NCBI RefSeq assembly: GCF_006345805.1
Contig: NC_043004.1
Span: 11,036,001 to 11,100,000 of the forward strand
Direction of reading: 5' to 3'
Source: Octopus sinensis
Taxonomy: Eukaryota
DNA length: 64,000 nt
In this document: positions 13,957 to 27,369 of the stretch, one piece after another
How the letters are laid out: every line of letters begins with the position of its first letter
Position numbering within the stretch: position 1 is the stretch's first letter
Program-made: the position numbers and the translations under genes
Notes under the pieces: generated by a model
The model's input: the letters and a program-made list of their open reading frames with translations, nothing else
Databases searched by the model: none
What the model was told of the DNA's origin: nothing

Positions 13957-14559
13957 TGTGTGCGATATAAAGCTTTCCTTTTACTACTATGTTTACTACT
14001 GTGACTGGAAAAGAAAGCTAATAAATAGATGGAGGAATGCGTATCACAAATGATGCGTAGATGCCAGGAAAGTATTTCTTGCAAATCACAAAACACAAAA
14101 CAAAGGGTGAAATTACATTTGATATTAATAGATGTATTATTGCTTTAAAACAAACGTCTTAAGCAAAGTTATTATCATTACATATTTCTTCTTTTAGGAA
14201 TGGTAGCTATGTTTTGAGGAAGAGTTGGGTGTTATAACTAGCAATTCGAACCACTATGTGCAAGTACTGTTTGTGTTTGTGCTTCATTGCGGTTGTCCGT
14301 TCACTTGATTTACAGATTCTCCTTCGATGTGTTATTAAATTCAAATCCGTTCTAATTGTTTCGTTTTGTTTCTGGGATCGATACATTGTCATCGTCGTCG
14401 TTGCTGTTGTTTATTGCCAGATCAGCTAGGATCAAGCAGAATTATAATGAAAGCTACCCCATTCGTGACCAAGCCGCCTTCTCAGTTATACTTCATCTCA
14501 AAGTAAATTATACAATGTTTCACTCCTTTTTCAAGAGAAAATAGATGATTATTTGGAAG

Positions 14560-15200
14560 CTATAACTGTTATTTGTAGCATATCGATCAGGCACATGAAG
14601 GTCCCTTTACTCTCTGTTTAGCCGCACACTTCTGTGAATTTGGAAGCATAATTTGTTTTCCGGAAGATTAATCAGGGAAGGTGTACCACCGTTTCCCCTA
14701 ACTGGTTATTCTCCTTCTTTATATTTTAGACAATATTTTGTATACTGTAACGAATAGCTAACGCAACAGGATGGTGAATTTTTGCAAGAAATCATAGAAA
14801 ATCGAACAATATAGCTTCAGAGTTTATTATCGGCGCTTCGATTTGAAGCCCCGTTAGGCTCCGTGTTGAATAATGTATTTTATAAAATATCGATTTGCCA
14901 TTAACTAACGGGGTAGGTAGCATTTCTGTTCAAATGCCTATATCAGCCCATCGATACCTCGTTGATCATGAGTTCAACGACACTAAAAGTTTATATGTCG
15001 TTTCTGGTAAGACTTCTAAAATATTGTGGACGCAGTAAGATGGTATGTTTAAAAAGTTCACTCCACATTCACAAAGCACCGGGTCAACTCCACCGCACAG
15101 CAAATTTGGAAATTGTCCTATCCCATAAAATTCTCTCGATTCAAGCCATGCAAGTAAAACTAGGTAGAAATAAAGTGTGCTGAAGGTCATCGGGTGGCGT
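14560..15200 (-). pseudogene. Heavily decayed mariner-like transposase remnant
   Basis: Fragments KFAVRW, TRNDI*T...EVSM and SEAILFDFL*FLAKFTI resemble mariner K.SARWVP, TGDETW...QSM and GILLIDYL...TI in the expected order; many stops. Confidence 0.4.
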
Positions 15201-15207
15201 TATATAT

Positions 15208-15623
15208 TACTCTCTTTTTACTCTTTTACTTGTTTCAGTCATTTGACTGCGGCCATGCTGGAGCACCGCCTTTAGTCGATCAAATCGACCCCGGGACTTA
15301 TTCTTTTTGTAAGCCCAGTACTTATTCTATCGGTCTCTTTTTGCCGAACCGCTAAGTGACGGGGACGTAAACACACCAGCATCGGTTGTCAAGCAATGCT
15401 AGGGGGACAAACACAGACACACAACCCCCCCCACACACACATATATATATACATATATACGACAGGCTTCTTTCAGTTTCCGTCTACCAAATCCACTCAC
15501 AAGGCATTGGTCGGCCCGGGGCTATAGCAAAAGACACTTGTCCAAGATGCCACGCAGTGGGACTGAACCCGGAACCACGTAGTTGGTTAGCAAGCTACTT
15601 ACCACACAGCCACTCCTGCGCCT
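15208..15623 (-). mobile_element. OK-like SINE, full length, young subfamily
   Basis: Nearly identical to 44165-44549 and 48396-48802 outside the internal microsatellite. Confidence 0.9.
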
Positions 15624-16510
15624 ATATGTGTAATTCTGGATTACAACTTCAGCTGTGTCATATTTATATTAAGCTGGCAATGCTCTAGGATTACGTTAGT
15701 TGTTATTCCTGATTGTTTGAGATTCAGTGATTTACACGTTCATTCAATGAGCAGACCACTGAATCCTCATCGAAGGAATAAGTCTGAGTCCTATTACTCA
15801 TTAATAAATATTAATTGTCGTAATTATCTTAAACTCTAAAAAGAATAAAAGTGTTATATATGATTACCACTGACTACAAATTTTAAAATCTCTATAAAGA
15901 ATAATCATCAAAATAAATAAATAAATAAATAAATATGTATATCGTATGCATCTATTTCCTAATTCCCTAATTTCAAATTCAAACGTCTAATCCGGTCAAA
16001 ATTTTATAGTGAAACGATTACCGCCCCTTTTATTGACTATCCGCTAGGTTATACTGTTTAATTATATATTTCGTTGTCGAAGAAAGAGATAGGGGTCTCT
16101 GAAAGGTTAGCTTCCGTTACAAAGAAGACCATTGGAATGCTGCCGGTAGGAATACTTAATAATACATGATGTATAAATGTCTTGGTTTTGATAATATACA
16201 GATTCAAATTGTCGAATAAATAAACGTGGCCACTATTTACTTTTGAGACACTAATATAGACACGGGATTAGAAAATAGAGAAAAAGCAGCGGGTGGGTGA
16301 ACATTTTTTCTTGCATGTGAAAATATATAACTATAATTTTGTCTTGCCTCAGATAATATTTCGATCTTGTTTATGGGTTATAATTTTTTTCCTCCATATG
16401 TTTTATATGAGCAGGTATACTGGAAAACGTAACACACATGCACAGACTCACATTTATATACATACATACATACATACATACATACATACATACATACATA
16501 CATACATACA

Positions 16511-17407
16511 CTCAGGATGATTCGGGATAAATTTAAGAGTTTGACAGTTTACATAAAAAGTAAAGAAAACAAATTATCCCATCCAAAAATAAAATATCAA
16601 CTCCTATATGGCTAGGAGATAACAGTTTACTCAAAGTAGCTACTACCGGCTTTTACCACGGCCTTATGACAGTTCTCGAACCCGGCCCATGCGTTCCTTA
16701 TTTGTTTCTGGGAAAATCGTGGTCACCAGGTTGAACTTGGTGTTGCAAGCAAAGCGATTGCTTTCATTCTGAACAGCACTCCACACATAGTAATCTGTGA
16801 GACTACAATCAGATAAATTAGGAGACCAGAAGTTGGGGCTAGTAACTCTTTTGACTCTTTTCAAACCATTTGACTCTTTCCGGACTTTTAGCAAAGAGTC
16901 GAATCCTGCTACCACCTTCCAGCAGTAACACTCCCCAGCTAAGATTTGGTCGAATGTTTTAGAAGCTTCACAAGTTCATCTAAAACCCAGTCCATCGGTT
17001 TTGGGATGAATTCTAGCTTGCAGATGCAGTTGGCATATTTTCGTAGTAAGATCTTTGTAGTCTCCGTTGAAGCTGTCCATATGAAGTCGTACGTCTTTGG
17101 CAGTCTTCACAGAGCCTTAAATAGCAGTCATGATGACGGCATTTTGATACTGGGCGCGAACCATCATGCTGCAGATATCTCTTTTCAAATATTCAGATAG
17201 CTTTCACTGCTCCATATCAGTTAACTTTTTTCACCGTTCCAACTTTCATTTCAATGTTCTCCAACGCCATTGCCTGTTCACTAATACATCAAGCTGTTGT
17301 TGGAAAAAACGATACATAAAAATCGTCAAACTTAGCTCGAACACCCTACAGATACTACACTATGTCATCTACTCATTTTCTTTTAAAAGTTTTGAGCACC
17401 CTTAGAG
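16511..17407 (-). mobile_element. Internally deleted Tc1/mariner DD37D (maT-type) element
   Basis: W*QDSTLC...KSQ and SPNFWSPNLSDCSLTDYYVWSAV...ACNTK match the WQQDSAPCH / WPPNSPDCNPLDYYVW motifs; degenerate TIRs with TA flanks. Confidence 0.75.
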
Positions 17408-17829
17408 TAATATGTGATGAATTAATGTTTTGTATTTGTAGTTAACTGGTAGATAATTTTGTAGTTATATGGTTGTAGTTAAATGCATTTGTACTTAAAA
17501 AGTTAATAATTTCTTTTTCGTGACTGGAATCCATTGAGTGTCGCTATATTTCTAGTTTTTATGTAAAAAAAAAAATCTGTTAGCAGAACGTGATCTTACA
17601 ATTTTCATATCAGTGTTTCTTAAATTGTTGCGTTTGTAACCACTACGTTTTGTGTTTGTAACAAGTTAGGTATTTTTTGCTAGCTCCCTTGTATCATATT
17701 TTCTTTCTACCTGAATTTACTTCTCTGTATCAGATTAAACGTGTAAATTTCCCCTAAAATTTGAGTACTTATTTGTTGGACACTCTACATAGTTTCTTGT
17801 CTATTGTTTCTTTTGGTCTGACATGGCTA

Positions 17830-18830
17830 TAGGTCTGAATGAATTGTAGACCGTCGTTTGCAGGGTATGATTTCCCTTCCCTATTCGCTACTCTGTCATT
17901 GTATCCAGAGTTCAATGTCTATTTTCGGGTGTTTCTAATTCTCCATTATTTAATGTTCTCTCCACATTTCCTCAATGTTAGGATTTTCCTTGAAAATCGG
18001 AATCTTGGCAACGCCCTGGTTGAATGCATTGGTTAAAGATTTTCATCTTGTTGGCTGTAATTTTCTTTTCTTTAATATTGGGTTTTCTAACGGCTATTCC
18101 TTTTATATTTATTCTTCATTGAAAACTAGGGTTCATCCCCACTTCTTCCCAGCAAAGGAATCAATTCTTAGTATTCGCATTCCTGTTTGTAGAGTTTATA
18201 AACCCGATACTGCGGTTTCTATTGCTTTTATTTTTTTTATTATGGTGTTAGTATTATTAATTTTTCTTTTTGGTCAGTGTCCTTATATTTTTGTCCGTTA
18301 GTGTACGCTCTCGGTTTTATTAATTCAGTCTTATTTAGCATTGTATCCAAACATTTTTTCTCCTTCTCTTGTTGGTTGTTCCCGTTCTTCGGATATTGGA
18401 TTGAGTTGTTCTTTCCTTAGCAAGATCAGTGGGGTGGAAGTCATCCAACGTTCGCAGATTTCCGCTTTGTTATTGTTTTTCGGCATATTGCAAAATGCGA
18501 ATTTTCTGATATTAGAATTTTTACTTCATGCATAGCTTATTCGCCTTTTTGTAAGGAAAAGGGGGATCTGGAACTATTTTCAGATATTTCTGAAAGGTGG
18601 TCAATTATATTCCATTATTCTTGTCTTTACGATCGTTTCAATGCGTTGCACAACTATTCGACGTTGCTAAATGTCTGAGAATCTAAAAATTTGTTGAGAA
18701 TTTTGCCTCGGTCGGAAACTATATTACTCACTTCTTTCAGTTCCTTGAGAATTTCTTCATTTCTGTTTTTGTCCTTTCCTTCTGGTTTAAGCAGATTATA
18801 TATGATGAATCATAGTGAAAATCTTAAAGT
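17830..18830 (-). pseudogene. Possible decayed retrotransposon ORF fragment
   Basis: A-rich minus strand with fragments such as AEICERW and NPNIEEMW reminiscent of LINE ORF2 linker; many stops, order not convincing. Confidence 0.25.
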
Positions 18831-18988
18831 ATATTCACAAAAACTAAATTTTACAGGACAAATAAGTGTTACGAATGCCCTAAATATTTTCAAATATTTG
18901 AATTATGTGTGTATGTATATATGTATTATATTATATATATATATATATTATAATATATATATATATAATATTATATGTGTGTATACAG

Positions 18989-19028
<40 letters not shown>

Positions 19029-19031
<3 letters not shown>

Positions 19032-20288
19032 GCATGCAGGAAGTAAATAGACACCTTTAATTTTCAAAATCTTTTATTTAATACGCAAAGCGAATAATTG
19101 AAATGTAATCAATAAGTAGGACCACATACTTTAGTATCTATTTGACATTACCATTGCAGTTTTTAATTCAATAACTCTTTTTGGCATTGAATTGATGAGC
19201 TTTGTGATTGTTTTTTGTAGAATTTCTGCCCACTTTTCACGCAACAGTCGAAACAATTCATCTTTAGATTAAGGCTTCTGTCGAATTTTTCGTATAGCTC
19301 TATCTAGTATGCTCCATAGATTTTCAGGTGGGTTCATGGCAGGAGATTGGCTTGGCCGAGGAAGCTTTTTGATCCCATTTTCAGTCAGCCATTGTTGATT
19401 CCTTTCCGCTCTGTAGCATGGAGCCCCATCTTCCACGAATAAAAACTCACTTTTCGTTACGTAATCGTGTGAATACATCGGAAGTAGTCCTTGCTTAAGT
19501 ATGTCGATGTATTTCTCAGAGTTTATGGTTCCAACACATTCGATCAGCTCAGAACGAGCATTGCTGGTGACAGCTCCCCATACCATCACAGAGATACCGC
19601 CATGTTTCACAGCTGGTTGGAGTCGTTTCAAACCAAATTATAGATTGGGAATCCTCCATACCCAAATACGTTCAAATACGTCTCAAAATAATGCAGATCT
19701 GTATTCATCTAAAAAAATCACTCTATCCCAAAATGAACTGGATTATCTAACATCTCCATAGCCCATTTCTTTCTTTTTATGATATTAATTGGTTGAAGGA
19801 GAGGTTTTCTTCAAGCTGCTCGTCGATAATACCCATGCTTATGCAGATATGTAACAAACGTTCTTGGAGTAACTTCTAGCTGTTTTGCAATGACAGAAGC
19901 CTTCGAACGGGGTTCGTTCTCCACAGTTCTCTTCAAAGAGCGAAACTTCCTCTCCTAGGGCCCAGGTCGGCGGTTGATACTTTTCCTTAGCTTTTGAATT
20001 GCACTATAATTCTATTAACAGTAGCAAGAGGAACTTGAAGATTTTCCGCAATTCTTCGCTGGCTAAGACCAGCTTCAGATTACCCAACAATACGACCTCT
20101 GAAAATCTGACAATTCTGCTGAATCTTTTGTGCGTGGCATGGTTACGCTTCGTAAATGTTTATGATAATGGCTCATGAATGAAAAAGTATAAATTACATT
20201 GTAAATTCTACACTGCTGAAAACATATTAAAACGCTTAGATCAGAAATTCTGATAATTAAATGTGTCTTTTTACTTCCTGCATGCCTG
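19029..20288 (-). mobile_element. Tc1-family (DD34E) DNA transposon, near full length, inactive
   Basis: 34-bp TIRs (CAGGCATGCAGGAAGTAAAAAGACACATTTAATT, 3 mismatches), TA flanks; transposase motifs [33 protein letters not shown]; stops and frameshifts in the N-terminal half. Confidence 0.92.
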
Positions 20289-20291
20289 TAT

Positions 20292-20323
<32 letters not shown>

Positions 20324-20672
20324 ACACACACACACACATGTATGTATGTAGCATTATATATATACATATATATGATATGGGAGACCAAGTGTACGTACGT
20401 CGCTATAGTATATAAAAAGGAATACCAAAAATGGGACAGAAACGCAAAACATCCAGACAGACGATTCCAAAAATAAAAATAAGAAGAGTCATTCGGAGTT
20501 TTCTTTCTTCAGCCGAGTCCAAATTATCTTTGCAATTTGGAACTCGAATGAAAAAGAAAACTCCGAATGACCCGTCCTTTTTTTTTGTATCGTCTGTCTG
20601 GATGTTTTTTTCTGTCCCTTTTTTGCATCATCTATCAGGATATATTGCGTTCTTGTTCGACTTTTGGATTCC

Positions 20673-20745
<73 letters not shown>

Positions 20746-21019
20746 CGGGAGAATACTAAACTTTTTTTGGGCTTTGTGTAAAAGAAAATAGAGAAAGATC
20801 AATTGATTACGATTTCATTCAACATATTCTCCTAAGAGAATTTGAAAGGATGGACCACGTCTTTCGCACTTCTCTTAAAACCAGAAGCGGTTCTCCACAC
20901 CCTAGTTTGTGTTTGGGTTAGTTAGTCATCAGACTGTAAATCAAATGCGTTCTAACCGGCAACTTTATATATATTGCAAATATATTAAGGGATCATCTAG
21001 ATGCATCCTTACGCACATA

Positions 21020-21225
21020 TTCTTTTATTCTTTCACTTGTTCCAATCAATAACTGCGACCATGCTGGAGCACCGCCTTTAGGCGAACGAATCGACCCAAG
21101 GACTTGTTTGTAAGCCTAGTATTTATTTTACTGTACACTCTTTCGCAGAACCGCTAATTTGCGGGGACCTAAAAACACCAACATAGGTTGCCAAGCGATG
21201 TTGGGATGGCAAGCATGGACACACC
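21020..21225 (-). mobile_element. OK-like SINE tail half, diverged
   Basis: ccatgctggagcaccgcctttag...gaaccgctaa...gccaagcgatgttggg. Confidence 0.75.
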
Positions 21226-21226
21226 A

Positions 21227-21273
<47 letters not shown>

Positions 21274-21305
21274 ACACACACTCACACACTCACTCACACA
21301 CATAT

Positions 21306-21591
21306 AGGCGCAGGAGTGGCTGTGTGGTAAGTACCTTACTTATCAACCACGTAGTTCCGGGTTCAGTCCTAGTGCGTGGCAACTTGTTCAAGTGTCTTCT
21401 ACTAAAACCTTGTGAATGGATGTGGAAGACGGAAACTGAAAGAAGCCCGTCGTATATATATACGACGAGCTTCTTTCACTTACATATATGTATATGTGCG
21501 TATATGTTTGTGTGTCTGTGTTCGACCTCCAAACATCGCTTGACAACCGATACATCCCCGTAGCTTAGGGGTTCGGCAAAAGAGACCATTG
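21306..21591 (+). mobile_element. OK-like SINE running into the assembly gap
   Basis: Head aggcgcaggagtggctgtgtggtaag; body to ggttcggcaaaagagacc. Confidence 0.85.
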
Positions 21592-21691
21592 NNNNNNNNN
21601 NNNNNNNNNNNNNNNNNNNNNNNNNNNNNNNNNNNNNNNNNNNNNNNNNNNNNNNNNNNNNNNNNNNNNNNNNNNNNNNNNNNNNNNNNNN
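21592..21691. other. Assembly gap (100 N)
   Basis: Exactly 100 N, the usual placeholder for a gap of unknown size. Confidence 0.99.
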
Positions 21692-22609
21692 TTGCAATAT
21701 CCCCTACAACCTAGGAATAGAGGCAATTCAGTTCTGGCCAGACAATTACACCTACAAACTTCCACATTGCATTAAAAAAGAATTCGTGTAGAATGACTAA
21801 AATTCATCTTGAAGAATAACTATTTCGTCTTCAAAGAAAACTAATTTCGAAAAAATAGGGGACTGCGATGGGTACTAGAATGGCCCTCTTCTTTGCTAAC
21901 CTCGTCATGGGATATCTAGAAATTAGTCGTAAGGTTCGAGAAAAATACGGCAGTCATTTTTTCCTCTACATAGAAATACTGGAAGAGACACCTGGATGGC
22001 TGTTTCATTCTTTAGCATGAAAGTATAGTGAGACTTAAAGAATTCCAAGCAGTTATAAATGGACTTGACGTAAACATTCAATTCACGATGGAATATAGCC
22101 ATCAACAATTTCCCTTCCTCGACATCCTCATTAAGAAATCTATCAACGAAGTAGAAACAGATGTATACTATAAGCCCACGGACTCCAAGCAATATATACT
22201 GTTCAACTCATGCCACCCCAGACAGCCCAGAATTAAAAAGGATATGTACTATAGTTTCTAATGCAAGCACCATGGACACACGACTACATGAATTAAAGGA
22301 TACCTCATCACCAGGAACTACCCACCTTCATTAATTGACATAGGCTTTCAAAGTGCTCTACAACTCAACATCCAACTATTCAGACAGTAAAGAAAGATTT
22401 ACAAACAAAGCCCCCTACATACATCTCCACACGCAACTGTCTGAAAATGAAGCCTTCGACACCATCCTTCAAAACATTCCCTGCTAAAAAGGACCACAGA
22501 TTGAACTTAATCCTCCAAGATGTCAGAAAAAAATGCGGAAGACCCAGTTGAGGGATCAGATTTCTCCTTCAAACAGGGAAAACGTTTCACAATGAAAACG
22601 ACACCCACC

Positions 22610-22820
22610 TTCTTCTTTTTTCTTCTTCTTTCTCTTTCTTCTTCTTCTCTTTTCTTCTATTCTTCTTCTTTCTTCTCTTTTCTCTCTTCTTCTTCTTCTT
22701 CTTCTTTTTCTTTTTCCTCTTCTTCTTCGTCTTCTTCTTTCTTCTTTTCTTCTTCTTCTCTTCTTCTTCTTCTTCTTCTTCTTCTTCTTCTTCTTCTTCT
22801 CCTTCTTCTTCTTCTTCTTC
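22610..22820. repeat. (TTC)n microsatellite
   Basis: Read directly; source of the poly-K/R and poly-S/L ORFs. Confidence 0.95.
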
Positions 22821-22858
22821 GGCAAGAATTCACAACGACCTCGAAACCTTAAGAGTAA

Positions 22859-22925
22859 GTCCCGAAAGAGATCAAAGAGGAGTCCCGAAAGAGATCAAAG
22901 AGGGTCCCGAAAGAGATCAAAGAGG
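22859..22925 (+). repeat. Three perfect 22-bp tandem units GTCCCGAAAGAGATCAAAGAGG
   Basis: Units at 22859-22880, 22882-22903 and 22904-22925. Confidence 0.95.
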
Positions 22926-23034
22926 CAGGCAGAAACAAGGAAAATGTCCCATTGTATTTGAATACTATGCAAATATTCTTTTAAAAATCTTCGTTCATTT
23001 AATTTTTCCCAAATTTAATTGTTTTCCATGCTTA

Positions 23035-23070
23035 CAGTTGAAGAAGTTTCAGTGTTTGAAACCGGTACTG
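23035..23070 (+). ncRNA. Degenerate minimal hammerhead motif (core UUGAAGA, stem III ACCGGU)
   Basis: CAG-UUGAAGA-agtttcagtgttt-GAA-ACCGGU-A-CUG; stem II poorly paired; at the expected pLTR position of the PLE. Confidence 0.5.
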
Positions 23071-23119
23071 AAATGTTTTTTATAAAATTATTTTAACATT
23101 TTCTACCTTGTCTTTTTTT

Positions 23120-23157
<38 letters not shown>

Positions 23158-23701
23158 GGCAGCAGTGTGCAATGTTTTATCAAAGAGAAAAACTATAATT
23201 GCCATTACATATGACTAGAAATAACTGGCATTACATATTGCTAGTAATAAGAGCTAAAACGCTCCAATACTGCAGTCAAATCACATAACTTTGTACATAA
23301 TACATACATACTGATAGCTATATAATGAAAGTGACAAAGGGAGAGAGAGAGAAAGAGAGAGAGAGAGAAAGAGAGAGAGAGAAAGAGAGAGAGAGCAATT
23401 TGTGTCTCTGTGTGTTCGTGTGAGTAGATGTGTATGCGTACGATAGTGTGTATATGTGCACACATGCGCTCGTAAGCGCGCGTACGTGTATGTTTATGTA
23501 CATATTTGTTCGCATCTCATTGCCTCAATTAAAATTCGAAATATGCAAGGTCTATTCTTGTTTTATTATCTCTTTGCGTGTATATATATGAATGTAAGAA
23601 TGTATGTACACATGCATGTATGTATGTTCCTATATACGTACGTCTGTACGCATATGTGCTTCTATGCATGTATGTTTGAATTATCGTCCGTGTATATGCA
23701 A

Positions 23702-23790
<89 letters not shown>

Positions 23791-24739
23791 TATATATATT
23801 TATATGTATATATATGTATATATATTATATATAATATATATATATATATATATATTTATTATATATATGTATATATATATGCGTAGACACATATATCTAT
23901 ATAATAGATTCTTATCAGAAAACCTCCACAATTCCCCTCACAAATGTTTATTGAACTGTTTACCTATCTTTCTATTCCCACTATTTTCCTCACTCTCATT
24001 CTGTTTCACTCCCCCTCATATCCTCTCACATCATCATCATCTCTCTCTCTCTCTCTCTCGCTCTCATTCGTTTTATCTTCCTCTCCATACACCTTACCTA
24101 TCGCTCTTTCTTTCTCCCTTATCTCCATCTTCTCCTTATCTATCACTTTCCTTTTTAACGATGTTTTTGGACTGAACTTAATAACCAGATCCAAAGTAAA
24201 GTAATTTGTTTTCGTAACTGTTCTACTCTATCATTCGTTTTAAATCTATATTTCTTTATATCGGTAATATTTGCAATATTGAGTAAGATACGCTGGCAAT
24301 TTGGAATTGTATGGTGTATTCGATTGATTTTGATTTTGCTATTTCTAAATCTCACCTACGATTAATATTTCAGGCTGAGGGTCATTGCGCATTATCCTGG
24401 CTTCAATTGTATAGTTAGCGATCTGTTAGTGGTGAATTGTATTCTTATTCACAAAGGCCTGGTTTGCTGTCACTGTGTTGAACACACAGACCATCTAACG
24501 CTCCCGCCACAGACCTCAACCTCGCCACCGTCATTTCTACAACTACCAACATAAAAGTACATCTTCAGGTACACACACAAACACATGCAGGCACGCAAAC
24601 ACACATATATACACACACAGAAAATCACCCACATATACACACGAACTTACGCTGACACGGATACAAATAATTCAATTGCAAACTGACAGATGCTTCTACG
24701 CGCATATTTACGCACTGCCATGCAAACGTGGAATTCTGA

Positions 24740-24786
<47 letters not shown>

Positions 24787-24855
24787 ATCTATATCTATCT
24801 ATATATATCTATTATATATCTATATATAGATATATATATATATATGTATAGATAG

Positions 24856-24893
<38 letters not shown>

Positions 24894-25371
24894 GTATATA
24901 AATATTTGTGTGTGTGTAGTATGTGTATATATGTGTATATATACACATATACAGATAACATGGACACAATGCCACATCTGTGTACGGAGAATGTGAGGGG
25001 TGGATGAGTGAGTATACCGATCGATAAATAGATGAATATGTACTTTAGTAAATAGATTAATGAATAAATAAATATAACAGAGAATGGAATAAAAATGGCG
25101 AGTGGGAGAAGGGGAGGGGCGCAACGTGATTAACAGAATAATATGCACTGAGGCTAATATAAAGATAGACGTGTAGTGGGTGTGGATTAGTGTGTGGGTG
25201 GGGCGACGAATTTGAAAGAATGTAACAATGACGGTAGTAGATAGCCGAAAACTAGACACATGCACATGTAATATATATATATATATATATAGATATATAT
25301 ATATATATATATATATTAAATAGACAGAGACAATTAGACAGAGACACATACAGACAGACAGACAGACAGAC

Positions 25372-25408
<37 letters not shown>

Positions 25409-25500
25409 TTTAGAAGTATAGTGATTAACAAATAGAACTGTAGTTAGATGAAGAGAAGAATAATATGAACATCCACAACAAAAAACACACAACGTCATGA

Positions 25501-25552
<52 letters not shown>

Positions 25553-25798
25553 GTATATAATATGTATTCTCTATCAATCTCTCGCACTCTATTGCCCGTT
25601 TCACCCTTCTTTCTCTCTCTTGCTCTCTCTCCCCTCCCCTCTCTGTGTCTCTGTCTGTCTATATGTCTGTCTCTCTCTCTCCTATATAATATATGATATA
25701 TGGATATATATATAATATATTATATACATATATATATTATATATATATATACATATATATATTAATATACTTATATGCTATATATATTACATATATGC

Positions 25799-25843
<45 letters not shown>

Positions 25844-25921
25844 TATATATACATATATACATATATACATATATGCATATCATATATAGGTATATATATA
25901 TATACTATAGAGAGAGAGAGA

Positions 25922-26030
25922 GAGGTACAGACGTTGCTGTGGTAAGAATCTTGCTCCCAACCACATGGTTACGGTCCAGTCCTACTGCGTGCCATCTTGG
26001 GCAAGTGTCTCTACTACAGCTCCGAGTGGG
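25922..26030 (+). mobile_element. OK-like SINE head fragment
   Basis: gctgtggtaagaatcttgctcccaaccacatggtt...cttgggcaagtgtc. Confidence 0.7.
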
Positions 26031-26044
26031 TATATAATTATTTA

Positions 26045-26138
<94 letters not shown>

Positions 26139-27267
26139 ATATATATAATTATATATATATGAAATTATATGTATATATATGTATAAGAAAGCAATTTCGT
26201 TATAATGCCACAAAAGGTGTATTTTTGTCCACCAAAAAGTACAAAAAAATGTTAGCTGGAGGAAGGAGAGATTGATGTGGGTTGGCGAGAGAGGTTTTCG
26301 AAGGTTGGCGAGAAAGATTGTTGGAGGTTGATAAGAGAAGTTGTCGGAGGTTGGCGAGAGGCAAAGACATTATTCTGCTTAGCGAAGATATCTGGGAAAT
26401 GTATAACTGCTGTCATTCACAGGAAAACTATTGTCTTACCGTGAGAAAGGCACTGTTGCAGTGTTAAGTAAGTGAAATTTGGCAATCCAGGATCGAATCC
26501 ACGCTATGCCTACAGGAAGTCACTACAAATACGTTGTGGAATAAAAGATTTATCTACTGTCATGGAAAAAAATGTAACTGTAAAAATGCAGAATTATCGG
26601 AGTAATGGGCATTCAAAAGAGTAAGTACAGAAATGTATGAATGAAGTTATTAATGCTTATGATTCAAATTAAGGTAGTGCAATACTAATGTTTAGCAGTT
26701 CAAAACTGTGAGTAGTGAAATGCAGAATTAGGTCAGCTGATCGTGAGAATCAAATATTGATTGCTTTGCTAAAATCTGCAGATGGTATGGTTTATTTCCT
26801 TTGGGTTGTTTAAATAAAATATTAGTAGCATGTAGTAGATAGAAGTATCCATTGGAATGGCCCTATTATCGATTTTTTCAACAATCTAAGTATGTCATGA
26901 GATTTCCAGACATGAGTTCTACTCACGTGTCAAATAAAGTACAAAAGTGATATTGTCTGCAAAAATTAGAAAGATGGAAAACTAAAGATCAATATTCAAA
27001 GTAATCGACCATACACAATGAAATGGGTTATTTCCCTAGAGCTATGAGTTATTTTACTTGGGTGTTTTAAACGAATATGTTATATGAGGTAGATATAAGG
27101 GTCCTTTCCAGGTGCCGTACTATCAATTTTTTCAACAGTCTAAGTATGTCACGAGATTTTCAGACGTGATTTCTACTCATGAGTCAAGGTTCATCAAAAG
27201 CAATAAAATGATGTAGAAGGAGTTGGCTAACAACGTCACAAACACACACCGATTTTCCACTATGTAG

Positions 27268-27317
<50 letters not shown>

Positions 27318-27369
27318 GTATTATATGTATACACGCATTTTTATATTACAATATATATATATAATATAT

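Larger units (their letters stand above)
21692..23075 (+). mobile_element. Penelope-like retroelement, decayed (RT, thumb, pre-endonuclease region, 3' pLTR)
   Basis: Frameshifted RT motifs ILKNNYF, GTAMGTRMA..FANLVMGYLE, YWKRHLDGCF, NIQFTME...PFLDILI, DVYYKPTDSKQY..F.SCHP; KCGRP...EGSDFSFKQGKRFT downstream; GIY-YIG region replaced by (TTC)n; hammerhead-like motif at the 3' end. Confidence 0.88.

Noticed and set aside
22859-22925. CRISPR-like repeats
   Set aside because: Units abut with no unique spacers, there are no cas genes, and the context is eukaryotic.
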